From: Octopus vulgaris | Lineage: Eukaryota | Length of the DNA: 64,000 nt | Assembly (NCBI GenBank): GCA_951406725.2 | Contig: OX597816.1 | Span: forward strand, 143,530,001-143,594,000 | Reading direction: 5' to 3' | In this document: positions 12,966-26,592 of the stretch, piece by piece | How positions within the stretch are numbered: position 1 is the first letter of the stretch | Layout of the letters: every line of letters starts with the position of its first letter | Notes under the pieces: generated by a model | The model's database searches: none | The model's input: only the letters and a program-made list of their open reading frames with translations | What the model was told of the DNA's origin: nothing | Position numbers and translations under genes: made by a program

Positions 12966-13514
12966 TACGATACTATATGAGGTTTTTTTGTTGGTTGTAA
13001 TTAAGTGTCCAACGACAATTAAACCCCATGTTTTCATCCAGTGATAAGTCCCAAAATAACAACTATGCACATACTATAGACATTTGTGAAATTTCAGTGG
13101 TCTCACTCCTATTTTTAATGTAAAGGACAAATGGAATGCCCATTCCATTCATATAATCATTCTTCACAATAGTATTGGAAAAGTTAAAAAGAATTCAAAA
13201 CCATCGTAATTTTATAAAATAGGACAATTTGTCCTCCCTTCTTTCAATCTTCACAACGGTGCAATGAAAAACGGTATTATTTTTCTACAATTAATTACAG
13301 CTAACAAAACCTAATTGTTCTGATTTCCTGTTTTGGTGACACTTTTAATTGATGGGTTAAATCGTGCAACGACAGATTAATCCTACCTCTCAGGGATGGA
13401 CCAACTGTTCATTGACCAGGAAATCAAATATATTACTACCGTTTTGTATGGTTTCTAGAGAGAACACTTAATTCGACATTATCACATTTCACTGTGATAG
13501 AACGATATCCAATA

Positions 13515-13945
13515 ATTTTGGCATAAGGCCAGCAACTTGGGGGGAGGGGATAAGTCGATTACGTTGACCCTAGTGCTCAACTGGTATTTATTTTATCGAC
13601 CCTGTAAGGATGAAAGGAAAAGTCAATCCCGGTGGTGTTTGAACTCAGAACGTAAAGTCGCAAGAAATGCCCGCAAGCATTTGTTTCCGGCGCGGTAAAG
13701 ATTCTGCCAGTTCGCTGCCTTCCTTTTACCTTTAATTTTAATGGTGAGTAAGGCGAAGAGGAGGCAGAATCTTTAACGCGCCGGGCTAAATGCTTAGCGG
13801 TGTTTCGTTCGTCTTTACGTTCTTAGCTCAAATCCAGCCGAGGTCGACTTTGTCTTTTATCTTTTCGGAGTCGAGAAAAGTACCAGTTGAATACTGGAGT
13901 CAATGTAATCGACTTACCCCCTCCCCTGTAATTGCTGTCCATGAA
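13515..13945. mobile_element. Two diverged SINE family A copies head-to-head (13515-13721 minus, 13751-13945 plus)
   Basis: Both match the family A consensus in opposite orientations, ~30 bp apart. Confidence 0.8.
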
Positions 13946-14841
13946 ATCGATATTAATGGTGAGTGGTTGTTTAAAGAGGTAAAAAAGAAACAATAGTACG
14001 TTGGATGAAATATTTAACAGTATTTCCTATATGTGATTCTGCTGTTTGAAATCAATCCACACCTTGGAAGAAAAAAATGGGTGCCACTTATATAATGAGG
14101 ATGTTTGCATTTGTTAATCCTTAAATTACATATTATATAGGTGAGTCAATAAAGAATTTCTATACGCTCCCTTGATCTACAAACAGCAGCCAAATCTTCC
14201 CCAAATCACACTTCACCGTTTTAAAAACATTTTTTTTTAATATTTACCTAACTTACCAATTCAACATTTCGATTTTCTCCCTCCATCTAAGAAATAATTC
14301 TTGTATATAGCACATTTTACTTTACAACATTTAAAGCCTTAATTCAATGCTAGAATCTTTAAAATTAACTTTGAGGAAATTACAGCTAACTAAAGCAGCG
14401 TGAATGAAGATAAAGAATTTTTCCAGCTTACAATCAATTCCCTTACTGACAAATTTTTCCCAAGTATTGTTGTTCTATAAAAAGAAGGATGGTTTTATCT
14501 GAAAGTGCCTTTTATTATATGTTTGCTCAATCAAGGCCGACGAGGTAAATAACATACAGGTTACGGAGTAAATCGCATTTTCACTGACTGTTGTTACTAA
14601 GGAGAATAAACACCATTGCTTTATTGTCTGTTGCACTTGATGAATAAATTTGGAATCCGATGTACTGACACACCCTTGTTATTTAGACAAATGGAGACAG
14701 ACAATTTATATATAGAGATGAAAGAACAAATAAATAAGTAGACACACACATTTTTTACTGACAAGTAAAAGAACAGCAGACAATGGATTCTATTTTCTTG
14801 CTGGTTCTACCTACGCAAATGTATATACTACATAAGAACGT

Positions 14842-14900
<59 letters not shown>

Positions 14901-15199
14901 TGTGTGTGTGTGTGTGTATGTGTGTGTGTATTCTCTTATGCAATTACAAACGTACTTGTGTATGCATGTATGTATGTACGTATGTATGTGTGTGTATGTA
15001 TGTATGTATATATGTATGTAAATATGGTTACTCTTCTCAACTGGAAGTTTAGAACTGATTTTGATAAAGTTATAAAGGATAGAAACTTTTTTAAAAAGAA
15101 ATAAGTGAAAACTTGTTCTCTTTGTCATCATATACGCAACAACTGACACCCATAGCAGAGCATTATATTACTCTATGGTCCCAAAATAAGAATACTGGG

Positions 15200-15440
15200 T
15201 CAATTGTGTTTTAAATTGGGTGAACCCTTTATTTTTATGTTCCACCTATATTCTTTTGATCCATCAATATCAATATGCCCATTGTTATTTGTTATCGTAT
15301 TTTGTTTTCTCAGTCTATTCCTAATTACATTGGTTGCCGCATCATACCCTATGGAAAAGTAGTATCTAGAGGATATTCTTTCACAGTTGGAATTATGTGA
15401 CTAATGTCTTGGGTTTTGCATATTCTACATTTGTTGTCAG
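15200..15440 (-). pseudogene. Zinc-knuckle region relic of a REL-type (R4/Dong-like) LINE
   Basis: SDNKCRICKTQDISHII followed by a frameshifted IRHDA-like motif; abuts (TATG)n. Confidence 0.5.
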
Positions 15441-15620
15441 ATGTATGTATGTATGTATGTATGTATGTATGTATGTATGTATGTATGTATGTATGTATGT
15501 ATGTATGTATGTATGTAGGTATGTATGTATGTAGGTATGTATGTATGCATGCATGCATGTATGTATGTATGTATGTATGTATGTATGTATGTATGTATGT
15601 ATGTATGTATGTATGTATGT
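15441..15620. repeat. (TATG)n microsatellite
   Basis: Direct reading. Confidence 0.95.
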
Positions 15621-17506
15621 GTGTATTACAGAACAACATTACAGACATGCACATCTAGAATATTTTGGTAGCCCAATTTTCTTACTGTAGTTCTACTTTA
15701 AGTTCTTATTGATAGATAGTTCGGTGGAATATGTAGTTATAGTAAGTACTGTAGTATTGGCTTGGAACCTTAGCAAAACACAGTGGCTCTGAATCAAACA
15801 CATTCTTATAATCTAAGCAAGCAATTATTAGATTTCGGTGATGCTACCTCTCTTTCTTAAGGATAACTTTCTTGATGGGAAGTTGTTCCATACTACTGAG
15901 ACTCTTTTCTAATCTACCTGCTTACCAGTCTTCACATTGTTTGTTTCACAACGATCTTGCTAAAACACATTCAAGCAACCTGAGCGCAGTTTATGCATAA
16001 CATTTAAGCATGCTATGGGCTCGTATATTTTAGCCCTAAGTTTCTTTTGGTCTTAGGTGGAAGTGTTCGTGCAACTGTTAATCAGGTTGTCATACTAAGT
16101 TCGACTTCTGTTGTTCTTTTGGATAGATTGACGAGAGATTCATTATAGAATATGAATTTCCTATAACCATAACCAGACCTTTCCTCAGTGATTTTCCATT
16201 TGGTAATTTTGCAACAACCGTCAGGGAAATTTCACTGGCGATATTTTAAATTTTCAGAAATATGTTTGCACTGTGTTAACTCCATAGCTTAATTAACTAT
16301 ATTGCTCCATAGTTGCGCTGTTTATTTATATTACAGATTCCTCTCCCAATGACTCTAGATAATCCCGAGTAGGTGCCTTTATATCATAACGGTGTCAACT
16401 CTCATACTGTGACACACACTTCGTCGGCTAAAAGCAAACTTAGGTCTGGTCGGTAAGCGCTACCTTTGGGTTAAATAACAACAATATAATAGAACTAGCA
16501 ACGCTAAAATTTCTGAACACCTCTAACCCTTCTGTATTGGTTCCTTCTTTACACCCTCCTAAAAAGCCCAACAAAACAATAAATAACAACAAACTTTATG
16601 ATTGAATACTGCATTAAAGGGAATACATTTGAATTTGAGAATAAATTTATCCTTGAACACTGATTTATTGACCTTTTACTGAGTTTAAATAAAGGCCGAC
16701 TCACTGTTTTGTGAGTATTAGAGGGTTACATAAGCCCAGATTGAAAACCTGGGGTAGATACCTTAAGAGAGTTGGTTTAGTTAGTTGTTTTCCAGCATCC
16801 TCTGCCGTTCAACAAGTTTCATACGATGTGTGCTGCACTCCTTTTAACTGCAATAACGAAGGGAATCTTGACAACATGGTTGTACATAATTATGCCACTC
16901 CCAGGTACGTGACAAGAGACAAGCCACACCAGCATCACAATCTGTTGTCAAACCTAGACTAAAGAAGTCCTATGTACTTCGCATACGGGACTCAAATCAG
17001 TTAGATGAAGTGGGGCAGTGTACGTAGCTTTTAAAAACCCTCTGATATAAATATGGTCAATGTGGTTGATGATTGCAGCAAAATTCATAGCAGGAGGGAT
17101 TCTGTGGGCGGGGAAGGGGAAGGGGTTTTAGGGGTAAGATAGCGGGGAGGGGATCCTATGTGGTGCATCCTGTCTTAATGATAAAAAGACTTCCTTTAAT
17201 TCTAAACACGCTTTCTGTTGAATTCAATAAACAGAATTTTAGTGAAAAAATCCATAGGCCAAGGATTATCGAAGACACTCCAGATTTAGAACCCTTATCC
17301 TGGTCTCTCGGGCTTCCTGAAAGTTTTAAATACTGATTGACTTTATGCAAAATAGCATGGTATATCATGTTATATAGCATGTTATATATAGTATGTTATA
17401 TCTCTCATCCTATTTTTCTTCGTATGTTTAAATTATGTTAAAAAAAATCGGTCGTGCATGTGTGTTTCACATGTGTCCTCTAAACACCAGAACCAGGGAA
17501 CTAATG

Positions 17507-17515
17507 AGAGAGAGA

Positions 17516-17565
<50 letters not shown>

Positions 17566-17625
17566 CAGAGAGACAGACAGAGAGAAAGAGAGAGAGAGAA
17601 AGAGAGAGAGAAAGTGAAAGAGAGA
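17507..17625. repeat. (GA)n compound microsatellite
   Basis: Direct reading. Confidence 0.9.
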
Positions 17626-18082
17626 GAAGAACAAGCGTATAAAATGTGTTAGAGTTACTTTTGAAATGAATAACACTCGTACACATACTTACATACACAC
17701 TCAAACAGAAATATACGTACACGCATAGAAACAGATGTATATGCGTACACATTCATGTGCACGCACACACATATTCATATACACAAAATAAACACAGACA
17801 CATACGTGTTCACGTACATGTACATGTACATGCACGAAAACATTTCTCCCCACACGTACAAACAGAAAGAAAAAGAAGAAAGAAGCCAACAAAGAAATAG
17901 AATCATACACGAATGTTCGCCTCCATGCACATATATACTGATATGTACATACACACATAAGAAGGCATACACATCCACAGCGCATAAAAGAAATATACGC
18001 ATAGCAATGTATACATGCTCTACACACACTGTCTCTCTCTCTCAAACACTCAAAGAAAAAAAGAAAGAGAAAGAAAGAGAGT

Positions 18083-18124
<42 letters not shown>

Positions 18125-20400
18125 AAGAGAAAGAGAGAGATTAGTGGTTGGGCGGTTTCTGCCAATTTTAAGCACGGTAATGAGATTCATTCCTATACTG
18201 GCTTATAAAATATATTTCCGCTGTTCCCCCGTTTCGCATTATGAAAATTACTGTAACACTACACTTGCGTCAACTCTAGGAAACAAACCACTGTCCTACA
18301 TCCAAAATTATTTGGAGAGAGAGCGAGAGAGAGAGAAAGAGAGAGAAAGAGAAGACAGAAAGTGTAACTGAACAAGTCATTAGCAGTATTTTGGCATTAA
18401 AATGAAAACGAGCGATGAGTTGTTAGAATGATAGAATGCTTGAATAATTGCTAAAAGGCAATTATTGTTGCTGCTGTTGTTGCTGTTTAGCCCAAGGTCG
18501 ATTTTGATTGAGAACGTGACGTATCCATCCCCTCTTTTGTATATCTAGAACAACCTTGCCTAATGTGATGCAATATGAACTGAAGATGTTGTTGTTTAAC
18601 CTCAGGCTGGCTCTATTGAACAATCTTATGATCACAAACTTTCTAACCATGGCCATTTCGCCCTGGCCATTTCGCCTTTTAATTAGGCTTATTTAGTGTA
18701 GTACAACATTACCCAATGTGTTCTCATTTTTTTGAAGATGGTACACGGAGATTGGATACTATTTCTAATTGGTAGAGCCGCCGTGTAGAAGTCCCTTGTT
18801 GACACGTTGAATTGTAGTTTCGTTGGATGATCATTCAGCGGCCTTTTGTTAAGGTTGTAGATGCCCAACATTAAAAAAACAAAAAAAACCTTAAACATTT
18901 CGAATCTGAGAAATTCAGTGACGTTCAGCGTCAGAATAAGAGCCCAACACGAAACGACAGAACTCAATTTTCTCCATAACACATGAACTATATAAACAAT
19001 GTTAAGAATTGTATAAATTGTTGAGACTAATTTTCATACTCAGAGTACGTAAAATGCTTTTTAATACTCTCAGAATATGTAAATCACTTTTTGATACTCT
19101 CAATATTCTTACTCTTGATTAGAGTACGAAGTAAGTTCCTAGTGAACCAAAATTACATATGTATATCTGTTTCAATCCGGCATAGATAGGATTTTCCCCC
19201 ACCCCACCTCATCGCATCGAGGACTTTTTGAGAACATCGATTGTAGTGTTGATTTACCAGGACTTTGCTTTTCTATCCGCAAACTCAATTAAAAATAACC
19301 CCAATTAAAACAATATTGGTTTAAAATCCGGTATACGTAATTATACAGTATATCAAATAACCATCTATATGCTTTAATGAATATATACACATTATCGACT
19401 GGAAAGTTACTGCAGTATTTGTCCTAAGAAACATTAAGGTTAAAATGTATCTGGTACTCTCGTTGGGTGTTGCTGGGACGAATTTCTGACTCTGATATTT
19501 AGTGTGTTTTTAACACAGCATGTTCAAATCTTAGGACAAACATGCAGTGTTTATACATAAGTATGATACATAAATGGCTATTTTAATATTGGTTACTTTT
19601 CGAGTAAACATAAAAAGTCTTCTAGGAAAGGGCAAACCCCTGTTTCTCACTCTTCTAAGCCATTGTGCTTTGGGGGCTTTGTCGAAAAGAAACTAATATT
19701 GCTTCAAATTTGGCTATAAGTAGAAAGCAAATCCTTATGAATGAACACCACGATTCAGTTTAAATTCTGACTTGATAGAAGATCCTCTTATTATTTTTGC
19801 TTCATTTACACCCTAATGTCTTAGGAAAGGTATGGACATTACAGTCTCCCATTTTTGTTATCTACAAAATATAGGATTTAGTCCTTTGTATATTAGTAAA
19901 ATTTTTCAGAGACTCACAAGTCTTGAGAGAAATTTCATCTCAAACAGAAACCATAGTATCATGATTCTTAACGGTGTATATACGTTAAGTATGATAAATA
20001 GAGAGCTATTTCAATTTAATGCAGCTTCAATTACCTAAATCAAGTTTTTATTCAGCCTGGCAGTTATTCATAATATCAGTGGATGTATAATACACTGTTT
20101 TCTGTATATCAGAATGGCTGCGACTACTTATCATTAACAGAATCTTAAATGTATCTAGCATTTTCGTGTATCATTGCCGGAATGATTTTTCATCACGCTC
20201 CGATATATATTGGGATTTTTAACACATCAAGTCTATGAAGAAATTTTTATCTCTAACGAAAACCAAAGAATCTTCCTTTTTGTGCGGTCCCTTGACGCTG
20301 TATAAATAGCAGCCAAATATCCTTCAAATCTTATTCTACTATTTGAAACATTGGAAGCATATATTAAACAATGTAGCACAAAATATAGTGTGTCTAGAAT

Positions 20401-20677
20401 CAGTGGTTCTCAACCGTTTTTTGCCTGTGGATCCCTTTGATTGCTATTTCATTCTACTGGATCCTCATAACCATTCAGTATTTAAAAAAATCCTATTACA
20501 TTTTGTATTTAAATTGTATTTGTATTATATTTTGTATTTAAAAAAAAAACGTTAAAATATTTTGCTTATTGTTGAAGCATAACCAATTTATTGCACATAG
20601 ACTTTAACAACAAAATCTTACGTAGCCCGTCCCCCGCTTCCCACAAGGGCCACATGGATCCCGGTTGAGAACCAGTG
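20401..20677. mobile_element. hAT (Charlie-like) MITE inserted into a family D repeat
   Basis: TIRs cagtggttctcaacc / ggttgagaaccagtg; flanks gtctagaat / gtctagat resemble the NTCTAGAN 8-bp hAT-Charlie TSD. Confidence 0.8.
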
Positions 20678-22569
20678 GTCTAGATAAATAAATATGGCAT
20701 AGTAATGGCTGAAACGTCTTTGATCATTTGCTTGTTGAGCAAAAGTAGAGCTTGAGAGAAACAACATCAACACTAAACATTTTCGGGATCTCTGGACCTG
20801 CTAAAAGTAGCAGTCAAATTGCTTCAGAATCACTCTTCACCTGTCTCAAATCAGGAACGACACTTTGAACAGTGTAGTTCAGTGAATCTTAAACCTTCTT
20901 TTTTGTATCGCCTTCTTTTAAGTAGTTATGTCTATCGCCTATCTAAGTTGCGAGTGAGGTATCACGACTAAACCGACTTCATGTGGATGATAATTTACAA
21001 ATGTTACTCTAAAAATGGATTGTATAAGATTTTAACAGTGAAATATTAAAAAATTGATAAAGACAAAAGTTGTAAATTTATTTTATACATTGCAGCTTAA
21101 GGACTTCTCTGGTGAGATCTTATTTTATTTTAATAACAATTACTAGCTTTATCATGTATAATATAATTTCTACTATAGATAAAATTTAGTATATTGTTAT
21201 CTCACCGCGTCCCTCACCACCACTAAAGCTTAACACCCCTTTCGATATGACCATCGCCCCTTCGTCATGCCAAATACCCCCTTGGGGCGGTAGCGCCCAG
21301 GCCGAGAACCTCTGTAAAAAAGATAGAACAGTCATGGCTGCAATAATCCGACCACCGGTTTAATACAACCACCTGGTTCTTGGGTGCCTTTAGAAAAGTC
21401 GATTTGTTGAAAGCATTCGAATTACTGAGGATAACTTCCTTCCTCCTCCCACCACTCTTGCAAGCCCTAGAAAGACTCAAGAGCACTATCTACCTCCTAA
21501 TCAAGCAATAAAAATGCGTTTGATCAAAGTTTTGCTGTACAGGACTCACCTAAACAACGTGAAGATAGGCGTACATGCAGTAATGTATATTTCCTATTGA
21601 TTGGTGACTGAATAAATTAGCAGCTAAATATTTTCCAAAGTCAAGAAATCACAATATAACAAACCAGTAAAACCAGTTTCAATAAAGAGCAAACTGGGTA
21701 TTGTTTAGGGGTTTACGTCATACGGGCGAGAATAAAATAATGGCTAGAATAACTGTGGTTATATTTAGCACGCACAACTGGGAAACACGAATTTTTATTT
21801 TTACCGAGAAAAAATAAAGATACAAACGAAAAAAGAAGTAAATAAGTCAATTTAAATGAATAAAAAATCTTAGTATTGAAAAATTTCTCGTGATATATAT
21901 ACTCTTAGGAAATTACAAGGCTGAGTTCATAGATATGAAATGACTATAACTGGTTGAAAATTTTTTCGTTTTATTTCCTAAATACCGTTAGAAATGTGGA
22001 TCTCGACGAATTTTGATGGTAAAATAAGGTAATAATATTTCTACAGCTTATGGCTTGAAGATATAGGTTAAATACAAAACTATACATGGAAAATTTTAGA
22101 TACCTATTTGTAACATTGAGGTTAAGTTTATATGAATGTATTTTTGAAAGTGTACATTGATAAACTAATTAGATAATTTATGTTGTAGAAATGTTATGGG
22201 GAATGTATATAGAAATTTTTCGATTGTTTCAATGGTATAATTATTTCAATGGAATAATTTATGTTGGAAATTTTTTATGTGTATTAACAGGAAACTGGCA
22301 ATCGGTAGAAAGAAAAGTGAAGAAAAGAACGAGGGTGGTAATAGTCATAGCAGGCACGCCTTTGATGAAAGGACTTCTCTATTAAGGATGGTCTAGGGCT
22401 AAACGACAGCAAGAAGGTGTTTTTTTTAAAAATCAAAATGCTTGTTTAAAAAAATAAAAGGAACTTAATCTTTCCTGCAATATTAAGGATTCCAGTTTAT
22501 GCAGCGTTCTGTGAGTTAGAAACAATTTTTTCCATGGATAGAACACCAGTGTTTTAGAGTTAATTGCTC

Positions 22570-22800
22570 TCTCTCTCTACTCTTTTACTTGTTTCAGTCA
22601 TTTGACTGTAGCCATGCTGGAGCACCGCCTTTAGTCGATCAAATCGACCCCAGGACTTATTCCTGGTAAGCCTAGTACTTATTCCATCGGTCTCTTTTGC
22701 CGAACCGCTTAGTGACGGTGACGTAAACACACCAGCATCAGTTGTCAAGCGATGTTGGGGGACAAACACAGACACACAAACACACACACACACACACATA
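22570..22800 (-). mobile_element. 3' half of SINE family B, broken at its internal microsatellite
   Basis: Close match to 10493-10720, then (TTA/TTG)n. Confidence 0.85.
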
Positions 22801-22830
22801 TTATTATTATTATTGTTGTTGTTGTTGTTG

Positions 22831-22874
<44 letters not shown>

Positions 22875-23079
22875 TATTTATTTTCTTTTTATCAGGTTTT
22901 GTTTGAGCTTCCAGAGTCTTGCATGCATAGCGAGTTTACTACCTGCAGCCTACTGTTCCATGCTATTCATTCTTTTCAGCTATCTAATACTTTCCTGATT
23001 ATTCTGGCCGTGCCAGGGAAACAAACCTTTTGTAACAGTTCTACTCAGCACTCCAATTTCCTTTATTATTATTATTATT

Positions 23080-23707
23080 CAGTAGTTTTATTTTTATTTT
23101 TATAGCGTGCTTTCACTTCACTACCGAGCGCAGCTCTGTGTGCCTTGGGTATGTGCTGTGATTTGTTGTGATGCTCTGATGGTTATTGTATGGAAAGTGT
23201 TCTGCGTAGGATGTGTGCAGTGCCTAGTAGTGCAATTTTCTGTATGTTATATGTGTTTGTAAGTCCTGGTGTTTTTGTTATGTATTTGTCTGAATATTTT
23301 TTTATCATGCCTAATGCACCTACTATGATAGGAATTGTTTCTGTTTTCAGATTCCACATTCTAGTTACCTCTATTTCCAGGTCTTTGTATTTTGAGAGTT
23401 TCTCCATTTCTTTTAGAGACACGTTGTCATCTGCCGGTATTGATACATCAATTAGAAAGCATTTTTTTCTTCATGGTCTCTGACAACTATATCTGGTCTG
23501 TTGGCCTTAATTTCTCTATCTGTGTGTATCGGCATATCCCAGAGTATGGTTGCTTTCTCGTTTTCTGTGACCTTTTCTGGTGTGTGCCTATACCATCTTT
23601 TTTCTGTTGTTATTCCATAATGTTGGCATAGCTTCCAATGTATGTAAGTTCCAACTCTGTCATGTCTGTGAATATATTCCTTCTTAGCCAGGACTGGGCA
23701 GCTAGAG

Positions 23708-23708
<1 letters not shown>
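23080..23708 (-). mobile_element. 5'-truncated R4/Dong-like non-LTR element (REL endonuclease + 3' UTR) embedded in (TAA)n
   Basis: SSCPVLAKKEYIHRHD, ILWD, NRPDIVV, then a frameshift to IDVSIP...KEMEKLSKYKDL...IIVGALG (PD-(D/E)xK REL); (TTA)n on both sides. Confidence 0.88.
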
Positions 23709-23751
<43 letters not shown>

Positions 23752-24009
23752 GATGATGATGATGATGATTATCATTATTATTATTATATATTTCAATTCT
23801 GTTTCCATTTCTTGCCGAGTATTTTCCTGACACCTAGGACAGAGAAACATACTGTATATATTGCTAGGCCATTAATATAAATACACCAGATTGTTAATGT
23901 ACAAAGTCATGTGATAGAGAAAAAGGGGGAGACAGAGAGAAAAGGAAAAATAGAAAATAAAAAGTAAACAAATAAAATAAAGGTGGGTGGGGAGAAAGTT
24001 CACAGCGAC

Positions 24010-24770
24010 AATGCTCTTCACAATACGTGTGACGTACCAGTCAAGACAATCTTTTGCACTTCTTGCATGGATGGTAAGCCACGGATCATTCTTAAATAAT
24101 TTTCAGTTCCTTTTTTGATCATTCCGAGTGCTCCTACAGTCACTGGTATTGCAAACGTCTTGAGATGCCACATCTTTTGTAAGAATTCTGCCGGGTACTC
24201 TATTCCAATTTCCTTTATATTCCTCTTGATGCCTTCTGATACTATCCCCAAGAACCCAACAATAATTGGCACTATCTTCACCTTCTTCATTTTCCATAGC
24301 TGGGCTATTTCGTACTTAAGAGGGTTGTATCTACCTATTTATCTTTTCGTCTACCTTCTTGACTATTCGTGGGTCAAAGGAGCATGCAACATCAACTATA
24401 TAACATATGTGGTGTACCTTGTCCACCACCACTAGGCCCGGTCTGTTATGCTCTAGTACCTGATCTATTTGGATTGGGGAATCTCATAGGGTTTTGCTAG
24501 GCTCCGACTCTGCCTCTCACAGCGGTTTGTGCTCATACCACATCTTGCCTCTCTCTAGCACCAACTTTTCGCACAGTTTCCAATGTAGCACCTTCACCAC
24601 CTGGTCGTGACTCCAGAACTTGTAGTGGTTTTGGGCATTCGTTCGTGATATGGTCAATGGTTTCATCCACTCTATTGCAGATGCTGCACAGTGGAGACCC
24701 TTGCTCACTCCTAAGGTTGACATTCCAGTTTGTGGCCAAAGTCTAGTCTTGCGCTGCCAGTATAGTGCTC
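24010..24770 (-). pseudogene. Stacked degenerate REL-type LINE fragments
   Basis: CSICNRVDETIDHITNEC, HDQVVKVLHWKLC, IVPIIVGFLG, IPVTVGALGMIKK...QKIVLTGTSHVL. Confidence 0.75.
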
Positions 24771-24801
24771 TATTATTATTATTATTAATATTATTATTAT
24801 T

Positions 24802-24852
<51 letters not shown>

Positions 24853-24869
24853 ATTATTATTATTATTAA

Positions 24870-24912
24870 TTGAACGATATTTCAACAGTACGTCTGTCTT
24901 TGTCAAGTTCAA
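24870..24912 (-). ncRNA. Degenerate minimal hammerhead ribozyme at the 3' end of the Penelope-like element
   Basis: TTGAAC-TTGACAA-A-GACAG acgta CTGTT-GAAA-T-ATC-GTTCAA; stem I 6 bp; core differs from CTGACGA by two transitions. Confidence 0.55.
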
Positions 24913-26266
24913 AATAAGAAGTGATAAAAATTCAAAATTTTAGAAATTTAAACGTAAAGTATGAACGAGAGCAACCAGCGTCCACACGTTGATGGAATGA
25001 CATCATCATTTTTTAAGTTACAAATTTATAACAGGCGAAAAGAAAAGGACTGAAAAAAAGACATAAAAAATAGAAAAAAGAAGACGACAGAAAAAAAAGG
25101 AAAGAAAAAGAGAGAAAGAAGAATATTTAATCAAACAGTTTTGTATAAATTTGATGATATTCTCCTGTCATCTTATTCATTCCTCCAGGGCGTGATGTTA
25201 ATAACCCGCAAACATATTTCTCCTCATACATTCTGAGAAGTGAAAGAGAAGCAGATTCAGAATATTTTCTGAGAATATGCACTTTCAAGTCTTCTTCAAA
25301 ATTGCAGCCGCCTGAAACGAAATGTTCAGCAAGTTCTGTCGAACTACTGTTATTGTACCTGACGTCGAATCTGTGCCCATTAAACCTTTTGTTTAATTGC
25401 TCTGTTGTACAACCAACATAAACAATGTTTCGTGCATTCTGCTGCGTCCACCAAATAGGAATCTTTACATGTTCCACCTTCTGTATAAATCATAACATTT
25501 CTGTTATGATTTCTGATGGAATTCACTTCACTCATGTTGTTGCACAATGAACAGGGCTTACTTTTCTTGCGGCTGTTGTTTAAGGTACATCATACAGATA
25601 CTCCAATATTCGTTATCTTGGAGTCAGATAAAAAGGTCAATAATTCTCTTATATTCTTATTCCGTCTAAAGGCTACAATAGGCGGCTGAGGAAATATCTG
25701 TTTGAAATGAGGATATTTTTTCGCCACATGCTGGTAATTTTCATGCAACACTTTTGAAATGCCAGCGAAATGTCGGTGCCAGTTAATCACTAAAAGAATT
25801 CTGTCATCTATTGTATTGTGTTTGCTAAAATTGTCTGTAGGTTTGACCATCTTTGCTAATCTTAGCTATTTCATTTGCTATTTCCTTTAATCGTGATTCA
25901 CTGTAACCGCGTTTGACATAATGATATACAAGAGCATTTGCATGTTTCCAGTTATTCCCTATGTCAGTACATATCCGTTTTATCCTCAAAAATTGAGATT
26001 TCGGATTTGACCGCATAAGATGATGTGGATGATCGGAGCGGTGCTGGAGATAAATGTGGGATGACGTGGGCTTGCAAAATAACTCTGTCACTATTCTACC
26101 TCTAGAAAACGTGACTTTTGTGTCCAAAAATTCAACGCTAACGTTTTTTGTCGGTTGCAAAAAAATACCGGCATTTCTTCGAACAAATGGATTTGAAAAA
26201 TTGTAATGTATAAGCAAGAGGCACATGCTGGATTTGCCTCGTACTTATATGTTTAATCTAGGCGTA

Positions 26267-26334
26267 CCTGTTGATGAAGACTTTGCCTAGTAAATTATTT
26301 ATTTGCTAAAAAATGTCAGAAACCATGGTCCAGG
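26267..26334 (+). ncRNA. Hammerhead ribozyme-like motif (C3U core), antisense to the PLE ORF
   Basis: CCTG-TTGATGA-A-GAC..tagtaaat/atttgcta..GTC-A-GAAA-CCATG-GTC-CAGG; palindromic stem III ACCATGGT; GUC site. Confidence 0.6.
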
Positions 26335-26555
26335 AAATAGATGGTAAATGTTTTTATTTTTCATTCCCTTCGAGTTTTTATCCCTAATAGTGGTTTGGAT
26401 TTTAGCTGTTCCTTCGAGCGCGAAAGGAATCCTATGAAGGATATCTCTGATGTGTTTAAATGTACACTGTATTTATATGAATAATATATTGTCTATTGAC
26501 TAATTTTTCTACACGCTAGGCCACAGGTAAAAGAATTTCTAAAATCTTTATTACC

Positions 26556-26592
<37 letters not shown>

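Larger units (their letters stand above)
24870..26540 (-). mobile_element. Penelope-like element relic (RT thumb, Cys linker, GIY-YIG endonuclease; Neptune-like) with inverted pLTR-like segment
   Basis: VEFLD...KPTSSHIYL..SDHPHH..SQFLRIKRIC; PPIVAFRRNKNIRELL; KPCSLC; YVGCT..LNKRFNGHR..AEHF..EEKY..LT.RPGGMN; frameshifted across ORFs 25825-26226, 25590-25850, 25127-25477. Confidence 0.88.

Noticed and set aside
16740-16960. Possible RTE-X endonuclease relic
   Set aside because: Only faint motif resemblance; too decayed to support
18820-18980. Possible mariner N-terminal relic (MEKIEF...) on the minus strand
   Set aside because: Short match with no TIR or downstream motifs
25590-25592. In-frame TGA in the PLE Cys-rich linker as possible selenocysteine (as in Naiad-type PLEs)
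   Set aside because: The TGA precedes an intact TGT Cys rather than replacing it, fits CGA-to-TGA decay, and the element is frameshifted elsewhere
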